DNA of 64,000 bases from Phycisphaerae bacterium. GTDB taxonomy: Bacteria > Planctomycetota > Phycisphaerae > JAJVII01. Position 1 is the stretch's first letter. Each line of letters starts with the position of its first letter. The position numbers were made by a program, and so were the translations under genes. The stretch spans positions 114,496 through 178,495 of the forward strand of contig JAJVII010000018.1 in the NCBI GenBank assembly GCA_022072085.1, in the 5' to 3' direction. The notes beneath the pieces are model-generated. The model was not told the origin of the DNA, did no database searches, and worked only from the letters and a program-made list of their open reading frames with translations. This document shows, one piece after another, positions 18,740-28,795 of the stretch.

Positions 18740-21625
18740 ATGAAACGCTTCGCAACCGCGGTACTCCTGCTGCTGGTTCCCGCGATGGCCGCCGCTGAGT
18801 CGGCCGACCCCGCGGGTCTGCGCAAGAGCACGGGCGTCAACGGGGGGCTGGCCCTGGACATCGGCGCGAAGGACACCGCCCTGCCCCAGGCGCTGGCCGG
18901 GGGCAGCGCCCTCTATGTGCAGGTGCTCCAGCCGGACGTGGTGCTGGCTGCCCGGTGGGGCGCGGATCTGTCGGCCGGCGAATTGCGCGAGCAACTCGGC
19001 GTGCGGTCAGCCGCCTTCAACGCCGACGACTACGGCAGCAACCTGTTCAACCTGGTCGTCGTCGAGGACCCGGCGGCGCTGGGCAAGGCCACGCTGGCCG
19101 ACCTGGTCCGCATCCTCGTGCCCCGCGGGTGGCTGGCCTGCGTCGCGGCGCCGGCGGCGCTGGCGGACGAAGCGAAGAAACTCGGCCTGGCCGTCGAACC
19201 GGCGGCCGGGTTTGCCCTGCTCTGCCGCAAGCCGGCTGAGCCGGTGGGCTGGAAGATCTGCGACAACCTGAAGTGGCGGGGCGGCCCGCGCGGGGCCAAC
19301 GCGTCGGCCTTCTCCGGCATCGCCGTGGGCAGCGGCAAGCTGTTCTATCGCGAGCGCATGGAAGTGGACGGCGACTTCTCGCCCAGCGGACGGTCGCAGT
19401 TCTTCGCCCGCGACGCGTATAACGGCCGCGTGGCCTGGTCCTTCGAGGAGACACTGGGCTTCAACCCCGGGTGGGGCGCTAACTTCGCGCCGCGGCAGAA
19501 GGGCATGGCCGCCGACGAGAAGGGCCGGCTGTTCACGACCACCGCCGACGGCAAATTCGTCTGCCTGGACGCCGAGACCGGCAAACACAAGTTCGACCTG
19601 ATCCCCGCGAACGTGAACGCCAAGGTCGGCATCGCCGTCCGCGGCGTGCAGGTCTACAACAACGAGCTGGTGCTGGCCGGCGGGTCGGCGTTCTCGGCCG
19701 ACGACGGCAGGAAGCTCTGGAGCTTCGACGACGGCGGATATCAGATCGTCGGAGAGCGCATGTTCATCCGCAGCGGCCGATGGGGCGAGCAGATCGAGGC
19801 CCGCAGCCTGCCCGACGGCAAGGTGCTTTGGACGCACCCCTGCCCGCGCGGGCAGGGCATCGGCCTGCTGTGCACCTCGACGCGGACGTGCATCGTGCAG
19901 ACGCGGCCGACCGTGTCGCTGACCGCCCTGGACGCGTCCACCGGCCAGGAGGTCTGGAGCTACACGCCCGAAGGCGACGAGCGAACCGGGCACGGCTTCA
20001 CCGTCTCCGGCGACAAGATCTACGTCCACTACTCCAAGAAGGGGGTGAAACAGGATTACTTCTTCACACGGCTGTCGCCGGCCGACGGCAAGGTCGAGCA
20101 GGACGACTTCGGCGCCCCGGGCAAGATGTGGGCCGGCGGATGCTGGGGGCCCTTCGTCGTCGGCGACTACATGGTGTATCACCACAACATCTGGCTGGAC
20201 CTCAAGACGCTTACGCGGACATTCCCCTACCTGGCGCACCCGGCCTGCTTCACCGGGCAGACGCCCGGCTACAACATGCTCTACAACTTCCCCAGCCGAA
20301 AGGGCGGCGTGCTGGAGGGGATCACCGCGATCGCGGCGGCCGACATGGCATTCGACCACGAGCCCGGCGGCAAGGTGCTCGTCAAGCTCGGCGACGCCCA
20401 GACCGACGCCGCCCCGACCCAGCCGGGCGACTGGCCCATGTTCCGCGCCAGCCCCGCCCGCGGCAACGCCGTCGACGCTGACCCCGGCGACGCGCCCGCG
20501 AGGAAGTGGGAAGCCAAGATCGGCCTGGGCAAGGCCACCTTCGGCGTGATGAGCGGCCAGCGGACAGGAGTCACCCAGCCGGTCTGCGCCTACGGGCTGG
20601 CCGTCGTCGCCGACATCGACGCCCAGCGGATCGTCGCCCTGGACCAGGCGACCGGCGCGACCAGGTGGACCTACGCCGTCGGCAGCCGCGTGGACTTCCC
20701 GCCGACGCTCTACAACGGCCTCTGCCTGTTCGCCGCCAAGGACGGCTGGGTCTACTGCCTGAACGCCCGCACCGGCGCGCCGGCCTGGAAGCTGCTGATC
20801 GCCCCCAGCCCCAGGTTGGTCGGCGGGCAGGAGAAGCTCGAATCGCAGTGGCCGTCGGCCGGCGACGTGCTGATCGCCGACGGCGTCGGCTACGCGAGCG
20901 TCGGGATCGGCTCGTCGCTGATGGGCGGCATCCGGGCGGTGGCCTTCAAGCCGGCGACCGGCGAGGTGATCTGGGCCCGCTGCTACCACGGCCAGCTCAG
21001 CGAGATACAGGACCGCCAGCTCCGCAACGGCATGTTCGTGTGGGCCGGGGGCAAGGCCCCGGTCCAGGCCGGCAGCCTCACGCTGGACCGCGCCACCGGC
21101 GAGCAGACCCGCGGCGGGGGCGGCGTCGGCGTACTCAACCCCGAGGCCATGGACGACTACCTTGCCTACGGCGACAGCGTCTGCCGCACCAACGAGGACC
21201 GCGCCGCCGACCTGCTGGAAGACGGCCGCCTCCGCGGGCGGACCCTCGCGTTCTCCAAGGACATCGCCGTCGCCTACACGATGAGCTGGGGCGGCGAAAG
21301 CTGGGACGCCAAGAGTAACAGGGGCATCCCGACGACGCTGACACTAAGCGCCGCCCGCGAGCCGAAGAAGACCCTCTGGACCAGCGAGCCGATCGAGCTG
21401 GTCGTGGACGACATCGTGCTGACGCCCAAACGGGCCTACTGCGTCGGCCACCACCAGCGCATCGCCAAGCCGCCGGAGATGTGGATCGTTTCGCCCGAGG
21501 ACGGCAAGGTCGTCGCCACGGTCGCCATCGACGGCTTCCCGTCGTTCAACGGCATGTCGGCCTGCGGGAATCGGCTGTTCGTCTCCACCCGCGACGGCCG
21601 CGTGATATGTTACGAAGGCAAGTGA
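18740..21625 (+). CDS. Secreted PQQ-like beta-propeller repeat protein with degenerate methyltransferase-like N-terminal domain
   Basis: GLALDIGAKD..LVRILVPRG; ARDAYNGRVAW, CLDAETGK, DWPMFRASPARG, ALDQATGATRW, DGRVICY. Confidence 0.85.
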   Translation: MKRFATAVLLLLVPAMAAAESADPAGLRKSTGVNGGLALDIGAKDTALPQALAGGSALYVQVLQPDVVLAARWGADLSAGELREQLGVRSAAFNADDYGSNLFNLVVVEDPAALGKATLADLVRILVPRGWLACVAAPAALADEAKKLGLAVEPAAGFALLCRKPAEPVGWKICDNLKWRGGPRGANASAFSGIAVGSGKLFYRERMEVDGDFSPSGRSQFFARDAYNGRVAWSFEETLGFNPGWGANFAPRQKGMAADEKGRLFTTTADGKFVCLDAETGKHKFDLIPANVNAKVGIAVRGVQVYNNELVLAGGSAFSADDGRKLWSFDDGGYQIVGERMFIRSGRWGEQIEARSLPDGKVLWTHPCPRGQGIGLLCTSTRTCIVQTRPTVSLTALDASTGQEVWSYTPEGDERTGHGFTVSGDKIYVHYSKKGVKQDYFFTRLSPADGKVEQDDFGAPGKMWAGGCWGPFVVGDYMVYHHNIWLDLKTLTRTFPYLAHPACFTGQTPGYNMLYNFPSRKGGVLEGITAIAAADMAFDHEPGGKVLVKLGDAQTDAAPTQPGDWPMFRASPARGNAVDADPGDAPARKWEAKIGLGKATFGVMSGQRTGVTQPVCAYGLAVVADIDAQRIVALDQATGATRWTYAVGSRVDFPPTLYNGLCLFAAKDGWVYCLNARTGAPAWKLLIAPSPRLVGGQEKLESQWPSAGDVLIADGVGYASVGIGSSLMGGIRAVAFKPATGEVIWARCYHGQLSEIQDRQLRNGMFVWAGGKAPVQAGSLTLDRATGEQTRGGGGVGVLNPEAMDDYLAYGDSVCRTNEDRAADLLEDGRLRGRTLAFSKDIAVAYTMSWGGESWDAKSNRGIPTTLTLSAAREPKKTLWTSEPIELVVDDIVLTPKRAYCVGHHQRIAKPPEMWIVSPEDGKVVATVAIDGFPSFNGMSACGNRLFVSTRDGRVICYEGK

Positions 21626-21662
21626 CCGCCGCACCGACTCTAACCGCGAGGTTCCGCAGCGC

Positions 21663-22862
21663 ATGAACACCTGGATCGCCGTGCCCACGTACTGGACGCA
21701 CCCGACGACTTCGCCGGGCCCCGAGACGACCGTCTTCGACCACCCCACGCCTCTGGACGAGGACGGGACGCTCGTCCGGACGCTGGAGTCGTTCGTCGGC
21801 CTCAACGGCGAGTTCCAGGTGATCGTCGTCGCCGCCGCCGCCCACGCGAGCCTGGGCGACGCGGTTCACCAGAAGGTCCGCTCGCTGATCGCCCCGTTGG
21901 CCCGCCGCCTGTCGCTGGTGCTGGCCTCGCCGGCAAACCTGGACGCGATCAACGGCCGCCTGCCCGAGCCGATCCTGGCGCTGAACAGCTACGGCAACAT
22001 CCGCAATGTGCAGCTCGCGGTCCCCCTGGCCGCCGGCGCCGACGTCGTCGTGGGCATCGACGACGACGAGCTGGTCCAGGACGCGGACTTCCTGGCCAAG
22101 GTCGAGCGGTTCATCGGACGCAAGTTCCGCGGCGTGACGGTCGCGGGGATGGCCGGCCCATACTACGACCGCGCGGGCAACTACCAGCTCCCCGACGGCG
22201 ACGCGCTGGCGAGTGAGCCCAACATCTTCCTCAAGAAGAACCACTTCATGAACGAGGCCCTGAAGCGCGTGATGGAGCCGCCCTGCCCCGAGGGGCTGGT
22301 GCGGTCCAACGTCGCCTTCGGCGGCAACATGTGCATGTCGCGCGACACGATCGCCGCCGCCTGCCACGACCCCTACATCCCGCGCGGCGAGGACTACGAC
22401 TATGTCCTGAACGCCGCGATGGCCGGGGCGACCTTCTTCTTCCAACCGGCGATGGCCATCCTGCACCTGCCGCCGGACTCCACCGGCCCGCAGGCCGCCG
22501 ACAAGCCCAGCAAGCTGATCGCCGACATCCGGCGGTTCATCTACATGCAGGAGAAGGTCCGCCGCCACCGCCGCGACTTCCCGGCCGAGGCCCTGGACCT
22601 GGCCCGCTTCAAGCCCTACCCCGCGCCCTACCTCGACCCCGAAGTCGACCTGCACGCCGCCGCCGTCGAGGCGATCCGAAGGAAGTATCCGCACCTTGTC
22701 GGCGAACTGTCGCCGAAGAAGCTGGCCGACGACGCCGTCGCGACCGCCCGCGTCAAGGCCGCCGAGTTCTTCAACTATCGCGTGAAGTGGCGCAAGGCGA
22801 CGGCCGCCCTGGCCGACGACGCCGGCGCGCCGACCGTCGTCGATTCGTTCCGCGTGGCGTAG
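21663..22862 (+). CDS. GT-A fold glycosyltransferase-like protein
   Basis: IAVPTY, YGNIRN, VVGIDDDE (DxD), FGGNM, RGEDYDY. Confidence 0.7.
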   Translation: MNTWIAVPTYWTHPTTSPGPETTVFDHPTPLDEDGTLVRTLESFVGLNGEFQVIVVAAAAHASLGDAVHQKVRSLIAPLARRLSLVLASPANLDAINGRLPEPILALNSYGNIRNVQLAVPLAAGADVVVGIDDDELVQDADFLAKVERFIGRKFRGVTVAGMAGPYYDRAGNYQLPDGDALASEPNIFLKKNHFMNEALKRVMEPPCPEGLVRSNVAFGGNMCMSRDTIAAACHDPYIPRGEDYDYVLNAAMAGATFFFQPAMAILHLPPDSTGPQAADKPSKLIADIRRFIYMQEKVRRHRRDFPAEALDLARFKPYPAPYLDPEVDLHAAAVEAIRRKYPHLVGELSPKKLADDAVATARVKAAEFFNYRVKWRKATAALADDAGAPTVVDSFRVA

Positions 22863-22902
22863 AAGGGGAATTGCCAACCGTCAGTCGAAGTCTCGCGCCG
22901 GC

Positions 22903-23907
22903 TCAAATCTTCGCGACCGTTTCCCACTTGCCCGACTTGCTGGAGGCGTAGATCGCCTCCATGATCGCGACCGCGTCGGCGGCCGCCGCCAGGTCGTCGG
23001 CCAGTTCCGTGGGCGTCACTTCGCCCTTGATCGTCGCAACCAGCCGGGCCAGTTGCGTCGGCTTCTGGTCGCCCGGGGCGACGGGCACGGGTTCGGTCTT
23101 GGGTCGGCCGACCGCGAGGTCGCCGATCTTGGGATCGTTGTAGATCGTGCCGGTGCTGCCGGTGATCTCCAGCCCCCCGATGCCGCCGGTCTGGACCCAC
23201 GACGCCTCGACCGTGCCCAGCACGCCGCTGGCGAACTCGAGCAGGGCGATGCCACAGTCATCGACGGCCGGGTAGACGCCGCTGGCGTTGCCGATTCGGC
23301 CCATCACGCGGCTGACCGGGCCCAGCAGCGACCGCAGGGCGTGGACGGCGTGCGTGCCCATGTCCATCATGGCCCCGCCGCCAGCCAGCGCCGGGTCGTG
23401 GAACCAGGCCAGGTCGGGCGAGTGGAACCACTTGCCGTAGGCGGCGTGGTGGGCGTTGCGGAACCGGGCGTGGGTTACCTTGCCGATCGCGCCCTCGGCC
23501 AGCAGCTTGGCGACGCCGCGGATGATCGGGCGGAAGGGCTGGAAATACCCCATGTGGACCGGTGTCTTGTGCTTGCGGATCAGGGCCATCGCGGCGGCCG
23601 CGTCGGCGACGGTCGTGGTGAAGGGCTTCTCGCAGAAGACCGCCTTGCCCGAGGGGACCGCGGCCTTGAGCAGCGGCAGGTGCCGCGTGTTCTCGGCGCA
23701 GATGATGAAGCCCTGGATGTCGGCCCGGCCGATCGTGGCGGCCAGGTCGTCGGTGTATTCGGCGCCGAACTCCGCGGCGTATCGCCGCCCGCGGTCGGGC
23801 ACGTCATCCCAGATCGCGACGACCTTGCAGTCGTCGCGCCCGGCGGCGTCCTTGAGGTAGCCCTTGGTGTGGATGTGCGCCGCCGACAGCAGTGCGAGAT
23901 TGATCAC
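22903..23907 (-). CDS. Gfo/Idh/MocA family oxidoreductase
   Basis: VFCEKP, GGGAMMDMGTHAVH. Confidence 0.92.
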   Translation of the reverse strand: MINLALLSAAHIHTKGYLKDAAGRDDCKVVAIWDDVPDRGRRYAAEFGAEYTDDLAATIGRADIQGFIICAENTRHLPLLKAAVPSGKAVFCEKPFTTTVADAAAAMALIRKHKTPVHMGYFQPFRPIIRGVAKLLAEGAIGKVTHARFRNAHHAAYGKWFHSPDLAWFHDPALAGGGAMMDMGTHAVHALRSLLGPVSRVMGRIGNASGVYPAVDDCGIALLEFASGVLGTVEASWVQTGGIGGLEITGSTGTIYNDPKIGDLAVGRPKTEPVPVAPGDQKPTQLARLVATIKGEVTPTELADDLAAAADAVAIMEAIYASSKSGKWETVAKI

Positions 23908-23939
23908 GGTCAGGCTCCTTCACGGTCCGGTGGCGTCGG

Positions 23940-24989
23940 TCACATCGCGACCTTGACTTCCTTGCCCGTGGCCGCGGACTTGTAGAGCGATTCGAGAATC
24001 GACACGACGGCCAGCGACTGCTCCGCGGGCACCGGCGACTTGTCGCCGCCCAGGACGGCCTGGGCGAAGACGCGGCACTCCTGCTCGTGGCCGGGCGGGG
24101 CGTTCTTGGGCGTGTAGGCGATCTTCGTGTCGGTCAGCACGCGGTTGGACTCGCCGATGATCTCCATCTCCGGCCACATCGCCCCGGCCTTGGTGCCGAA
24201 GACGCTGCACCGCATCGTCGGGTCCTTCTCGTTGAGCATGAACGAGCACTCCAGGCTCAGGGCGGCGCCGTTGGCGAACCGCACGAAGCCGGCCGCGAAG
24301 TCCTCCACGTCGAACTTCTTGCGGTCGTACTCGCCCCATTGGTTCATCAGCTTGGGGTTCCTGCCGAGCTTGTCGCAGGTCACGCCGGTGACGCTGACGG
24401 GCTTGAAGTTCTCCATCAGGTGCATCGTCAGGTCCAGGATGTGCACGCCGATGTCGATGCAGGGCCCGCCGCCGGCGACCTTCTTCTGGATGAAGTTGCC
24501 CCAGCCGGGCACCTGGCGTCGGCGGTTGGCCCACGCCCGGGCGAAGTAGACTTCGCCCAGCGTCCCGCCGCCCAGCAGCGCCTTGAGCGCCAGGCTCGGG
24601 GCGACGAACCGCTGGTGCTGGGCGCACATGAGCATCTTCCTGGACTTGTCGCGGGCGGCGATCATCTTCTTGACCTCGGCCGTGGTGATCGCCAGCGGCT
24701 TCTCGCAGAGCACGTGCTTGCCGGCGCGCAGCGCCGCGACGGTCATCGGCATGTGGTAGGCGTTGGGCGTGCAGATATCGACCGCATCAACGTCCTTCAT
24801 CGCCAGCACCCTGCGGTAGTCGGTCTCGGTGCGCGGAATCTGATATTCCTCCGCCGCCTTCTTGACCGCGTCGGCCCGAACGTCGCAGGCGGCCACGATC
24901 TCGGCTTCCGATATGTTGCGGTAACCCCGCAGGTGCGCTCCGGCGATCCCGCCGGTCCCGAGGATTGCGATGCGAAGCTTCCTGGCCAT
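23940..24989 (-). CDS. Gfo/Idh/MocA family oxidoreductase
   Basis: IAILGTGGIA, GKHVLCEKP, GGGPCIDIGVH; ATG 24989 after GGAG. Confidence 0.93.
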   Translation of the reverse strand: MARKLRIAILGTGGIAGAHLRGYRNISEAEIVAACDVRADAVKKAAEEYQIPRTETDYRRVLAMKDVDAVDICTPNAYHMPMTVAALRAGKHVLCEKPLAITTAEVKKMIAARDKSRKMLMCAQHQRFVAPSLALKALLGGGTLGEVYFARAWANRRRQVPGWGNFIQKKVAGGGPCIDIGVHILDLTMHLMENFKPVSVTGVTCDKLGRNPKLMNQWGEYDRKKFDVEDFAAGFVRFANGAALSLECSFMLNEKDPTMRCSVFGTKAGAMWPEMEIIGESNRVLTDTKIAYTPKNAPPGHEQECRVFAQAVLGGDKSPVPAEQSLAVVSILESLYKSAATGKEVKVAM

Positions 24990-25109
24990 CGTGCTGATCT
25001 CCGTTGAGAGTGGGTCGGTCGAACGGGCAAAGACAAAGTTCGGTGGAGTATACCGCGTCGAGAGGCGAACGCAATCCGGTCGCAAGCCGGGCGGGCCGCG
25101 GCCGGATTC

Positions 25110-25673
25110 TCAGTCCCTGGCGCTGCTGGGGATCAGCTTCTCGATTTCCGGGGAGAACTCGGCCGCGTCGCCGACGCGGATGCCGCGCCGGGCGAACTGG
25201 CCGCCGCGGACCTCCAGCGCGAACTGGGCGTCGGCCGTCGCTGGGTAGCGGACCAGGTAGGCCTCGGGCGTGTCGGGCGGCTCGACCTTCATGGTGTGGA
25301 TCGTCACGATCTTCCGCTGTGCGTTGATGAACGCGATGTCGATGTCGAACAGGCAGCGGCGCATCACGAAGACCATGTCGTCCTTCGGCCGCTCGGCCGG
25401 GTAGACGAAGAGCATCCCGGCGTCGTCGGCCATGCGGGCCCGCCCGCTCAGCCCTCGGTAGCGGGAGACGTCGTCGGCGGCCACCTCGACGACGAAGCGG
25501 CTGGGGCCGATCGCGACGGTGTAGGCCGGGCCCGCCTCCATGTGCCTCAGCCGCCACCAGCCGCCCGCGCCCAGCAGCAGGAGCAGGACCAGCCCGCCGC
25601 CCAGCCAGACCCGCCGACGCACCCGCCGCCGGGCGATCCGCCGCCGCGTTCTCAGGATGCGTGGAAGCGCCAT
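25110..25673 (-). CDS. DUF192 domain protein, membrane anchored
   Basis: VEVA..RYRGLSGR, GMLFVY, IDIAFI, ALEVRGG..GIRVGD. Confidence 0.9.
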   Translation of the reverse strand: MALPRILRTRRRIARRRVRRRVWLGGGLVLLLLLGAGGWWRLRHMEAGPAYTVAIGPSRFVVEVAADDVSRYRGLSGRARMADDAGMLFVYPAERPKDDMVFVMRRCLFDIDIAFINAQRKIVTIHTMKVEPPDTPEAYLVRYPATADAQFALEVRGGQFARRGIRVGDAAEFSPEIEKLIPSSARD

Positions 25674-25830
25674 GGGGTCATTGTATCAGTCCCGGGCGCC
25701 GCATGCAGGGGGCGGCACGGCTGCGGCGCAGGGAATTAGAAATAAACCGCCCCGCGCAATCTTCCGACAAGACTGGAGACAGATCGCACCGTCGATGCCG
25801 CCCTGTCCAGGGGCCTATTGCGAGATTCTG

Positions 25831-27024
25831 ATGTCCGCCGAAATCGGCCAGATTCTGCTTCTGAGCGACAATCCCCAGACTGTGGCGTCTCTGGAGGGGG
25901 CGCTGAGGCCGGGGCAGTTCCGTCTTCATCCGCTGGACCGCACCGACCGTCTGGAGCAGCAGATCCCAAGCCTGCTGACGACGGTCGACGCCGCCATCGT
26001 GGACGGGACTGCCCCACTCTTTTCCAACGGACGCCTGGAGAAGGTCCTCACGCTGCTGGACAACAACCAGCTCGGCGCGGTCGTGCTCTACAATCCGGCC
26101 GGTCCGGCGCCGGCCTTCGCGGGCCACCTGCCGCTGGCCTGGACCGTCGCCGTCGACAACACCCGCCAGCTCGCCGCGACGCTGAAGGTCATCGCGGGCT
26201 ACCAGCAGGTCGTCCGCCAGCTCCACCGCGAGATCAAGCTCTTCCAGCGCCTGGACGCCAGGCTGAGCGGGCAGTTCAACGAGATCGACGAGGAGATGCG
26301 GCTGGCCAGCCGAATCCAGCGGGACTTCCTGCCCAAGCAGCTCCCGGCCGTCGGGCCGGTGCAGTTCGCGACGCTCTATCGCCCGGCCAGTTGGGTCAGC
26401 GGCGACATCTACGACGTGTTCCGGCTGGACGAGAAGCACGTGGGCTTCTACGTCGCCGACGCGGTCGGCCACGGCATGCCGGCGGCCCTGCTGACGATGT
26501 TCATCAAGCGGTCGATGGAGACCAAGCAGATCAACCCGCAGGGCTACCAGCTTCTCTCGCCGGCCCAGACGATGGGCGTGCTCAACCGGGCGCTGCTGGA
26601 GGCGTCGCTGTCGACGACGCAGTTCACCACGGCCATCTACGCGATCGTGAACATCGAGACGCTCGAGGTGCGCTTCTCGCGCGGCGGGCATCCGCACCCC
26701 CTCTGGCTGCACGCCGACGGCACGACCACCGAGCCGGAGGTCGGCGGCGGGCTGCTGGGCGTGTTCGACGACACGGAGTTCGAGCTGGGGACGGTGCAAC
26801 TGGCCCCCGGCGACAAGTTCATCCTCTACAGCGACGGGCTGGAGACGGTGTTCGTGGAGGAAGGCCAGGTCACCAGCGAACTCTACCGCGAACGGATCAC
26901 GGCCATGCGCCACCTGCCGGCCGCCCACATGCTCCAGCAGATGGTCCAGGAGATGGACCGCCAGGCCGGCTCCCTCAACCCCCGCGACGACGTCACCCTG
27001 GTCGTGATGGACGTCGCCGGCTGA
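25831..27024 (+). CDS. PP2C/SpoIIE (RsbU-like) phosphatase with receiver-like N-terminus
   Basis: ASRIQRDFLP, VSGDIYD, ADAVGHGMPAAL, LYSDGL, RDDVTLV. Confidence 0.93.
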   Translation: MSAEIGQILLLSDNPQTVASLEGALRPGQFRLHPLDRTDRLEQQIPSLLTTVDAAIVDGTAPLFSNGRLEKVLTLLDNNQLGAVVLYNPAGPAPAFAGHLPLAWTVAVDNTRQLAATLKVIAGYQQVVRQLHREIKLFQRLDARLSGQFNEIDEEMRLASRIQRDFLPKQLPAVGPVQFATLYRPASWVSGDIYDVFRLDEKHVGFYVADAVGHGMPAALLTMFIKRSMETKQINPQGYQLLSPAQTMGVLNRALLEASLSTTQFTTAIYAIVNIETLEVRFSRGGHPHPLWLHADGTTTEPEVGGGLLGVFDDTEFELGTVQLAPGDKFILYSDGLETVFVEEGQVTSELYRERITAMRHLPAAHMLQQMVQEMDRQAGSLNPRDDVTLVVMDVAG

Positions 27025-27050
27025 CCTCGGAATCCGAACCGCAAGACGAC

Positions 27051-27078
27051 AAGGCCCCGGCGATTGCCGGGGCCTTTG
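27051..27078. terminator. Intrinsic terminator hairpin between convergent genes
   Basis: AAGGCCCCGGC-GATT-GCCGGGGCCTT. Confidence 0.8.
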
Positions 27079-27102
27079 ACGTTGATTGAGATGTCGGGTG
27101 CG

Positions 27103-28074
27103 TCATCGCATGCGACGGCGCAGGCCGCCCGCCAGCGGCAGGCCGCCCAGGAGCAGCAGCAGCGTGGCCGGGCCGGGAACGGCGGTCGTTCCGCCGATTT
27201 CCAGGTCGTGGCCTTTCTTGCCGCCGCCGCCGCTGCCTTTGCCGCCACCGCCGCTGGGCGCCGGAATGCCGCCGGTCAAAATCGAGTCGATCCAGTCGGC
27301 GTAGGACGAGACGCGGGTCACGCCCATGCCGTCGCCGTAGTCCGAGTCGATGTTGCGGTCCCAGGCGATGCCGAAAGAGTTGACGCCGACCAGGTAGCTG
27401 GTCCCGCCGACGTCGATGAACACGCCGCCGCCGCTGTCGCCGGGGGCGATCAGGTATTCCAGATTCAGCGGCGTGCTACTGCCGTAGTGGCTGTCGGAGG
27501 CCTTGCCGGGGCTGTCGAAGTCGCTCATCAGGATCTTGCTGCCGCTGCCGCCATAGTAGGCGTCCAGCACGTTCTGGCCGGCGCGCTTCTGCCCGTCGAA
27601 AACGGTTGCGCCGGTCAGGCCCGTGCCGGTCATGCCGTAGCCGACGAACGTCGCCACCTGGCCCAGTTCGGACGTGCCGGTGTAGAGCTGCGCCGCGGCG
27701 ATCCCGCTGACCGACGACGACAGGTGAACCAGGGCGATGTCGTTGCCCGCGCCCAGGTTGCCCTTCCAGGTCGGGTAGGACACCCACTGGTCGGCTGAGT
27801 AGGTCGACCCGCCGATGGTGAAGGTCATCGTCGTGACCTTGTCGGCCATGTGGCCGGCGGTCAGCACCCAGTTCGAGCCGATCAGCGTGCCCGAGCCGAT
27901 GTAGGCGCCCCCGCGAGCGACCGTGTCGATCCGTCCGACGCTGGGATACAGGTCGGCCAGGCTCAGATAGGCCGAGTCGCTGCGGTCGGCCCGGATCGTT
28001 CCGCCCATCGCCGGCGCGCACGCCCAGACGATTCCCAGGAGGCCCAGAAGGACCCCTGCCCTCCGCGTATTCAT
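27103..28074 (-). CDS. Trypsin-like serine protease with variant PEP-CTERM (VPGP) tail
   Basis: WVLTAGH, NDIALVHL, APGDSGG triad motifs; ends VPGPATLLLLLGGLPLAGGLRRRMR. Confidence 0.9.
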   Translation of the reverse strand: MNTRRAGVLLGLLGIVWACAPAMGGTIRADRSDSAYLSLADLYPSVGRIDTVARGGAYIGSGTLIGSNWVLTAGHMADKVTTMTFTIGGSTYSADQWVSYPTWKGNLGAGNDIALVHLSSSVSGIAAAQLYTGTSELGQVATFVGYGMTGTGLTGATVFDGQKRAGQNVLDAYYGGSGSKILMSDFDSPGKASDSHYGSSTPLNLEYLIAPGDSGGGVFIDVGGTSYLVGVNSFGIAWDRNIDSDYGDGMGVTRVSSYADWIDSILTGGIPAPSGGGGKGSGGGGKKGHDLEIGGTTAVPGPATLLLLLGGLPLAGGLRRRMR

Positions 28075-28125
28075 GTCCTGTCTCCAAGAGGGGTGAACTG
28101 CCCGCAAACGAGGCTCAACCTGATA

Positions 28126-28153
28126 ATTATCGCCTGAAAATGCCGGTTGTCAA
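28126..28153 (-). promoter_or_regulatory. Sigma-70-like promoter of the protease gene
   Basis: Minus strand TTGACA-16 nt-GATAAT. Confidence 0.55.
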
Positions 28154-28174
28154 ACGGTTCAGGCAACCGGGAAT

Positions 28175-28795
28175 CTACCCCCCGAACTGCCCCAGCAGGC
28201 GCTCCAGCAGTTCCATCGGCAGGCCGATCACGTTGCTGGTGCTGCCGTCGATCCGCTGGACGAAGGCGTCGGCGCCGGCTTGCAGGCCGTAGGCGCCGGC
28301 CTTGTCCTGCCAGGCCCCGCTGTCCAGGTAGGCCTCCATCTCGCCGTCGGCCAGCGGGCGCATGAAGACCTCGGTCACCGCGTCGGCGATGACCCGGTGG
28401 CCCTGCATCGGCGCCAGCAGGGCGACGCCGGTGATGACGCGGTGCGGCGCGGAGGTGATCAGCCGAAGCATCCGCCGGGCGTCGTCGCGGCCGGCCGGCT
28501 TGCCGAGCACCTCGTCGCCGACGGCGACGATGGTGTCGGCGCCCAGCAGGAGGCGGTCGGGGTAGCGGTCGGCCACCGAGCGGGCCTTGAAGTAGGCCAG
28601 CGCCTGGGCGTGCTCAGCCGGCGTCAGCTTGGGGCTGCGGGCCTCGGGCTCGTGCAGCGCGGGGGGGACGACCTCGAAACGATATCCGGCCTGGCGCAGC
28701 AGCATCGCCCGCTGGGGCGAGTTGGACACCAGCGTGAGCGAGGCAAGCCCCTCGCGCGGGCCCGCGGCCGCGTTGTCGATCGTTGTGCTGTTCAT
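28175..28795 (-). CDS. maf: Maf family nucleoside triphosphate pyrophosphatase
   Basis: LVSNSPQR, GADTIV, LGKP, DKAGAYG, GSTSNVIGLP. Confidence 0.93.
   Translation of the reverse strand: MNSTTIDNAAAGPREGLASLTLVSNSPQRAMLLRQAGYRFEVVPPALHEPEARSPKLTPAEHAQALAYFKARSVADRYPDRLLLGADTIVAVGDEVLGKPAGRDDARRMLRLITSAPHRVITGVALLAPMQGHRVIADAVTEVFMRPLADGEMEAYLDSGAWQDKAGAYGLQAGADAFVQRIDGSTSNVIGLPMELLERLLGQFGG

Noticed and set aside
28121-28131. TGATAATTATC as a Fur box
   Set aside because: Too short for the 7-1-7 repeat; explained by the -10 element.
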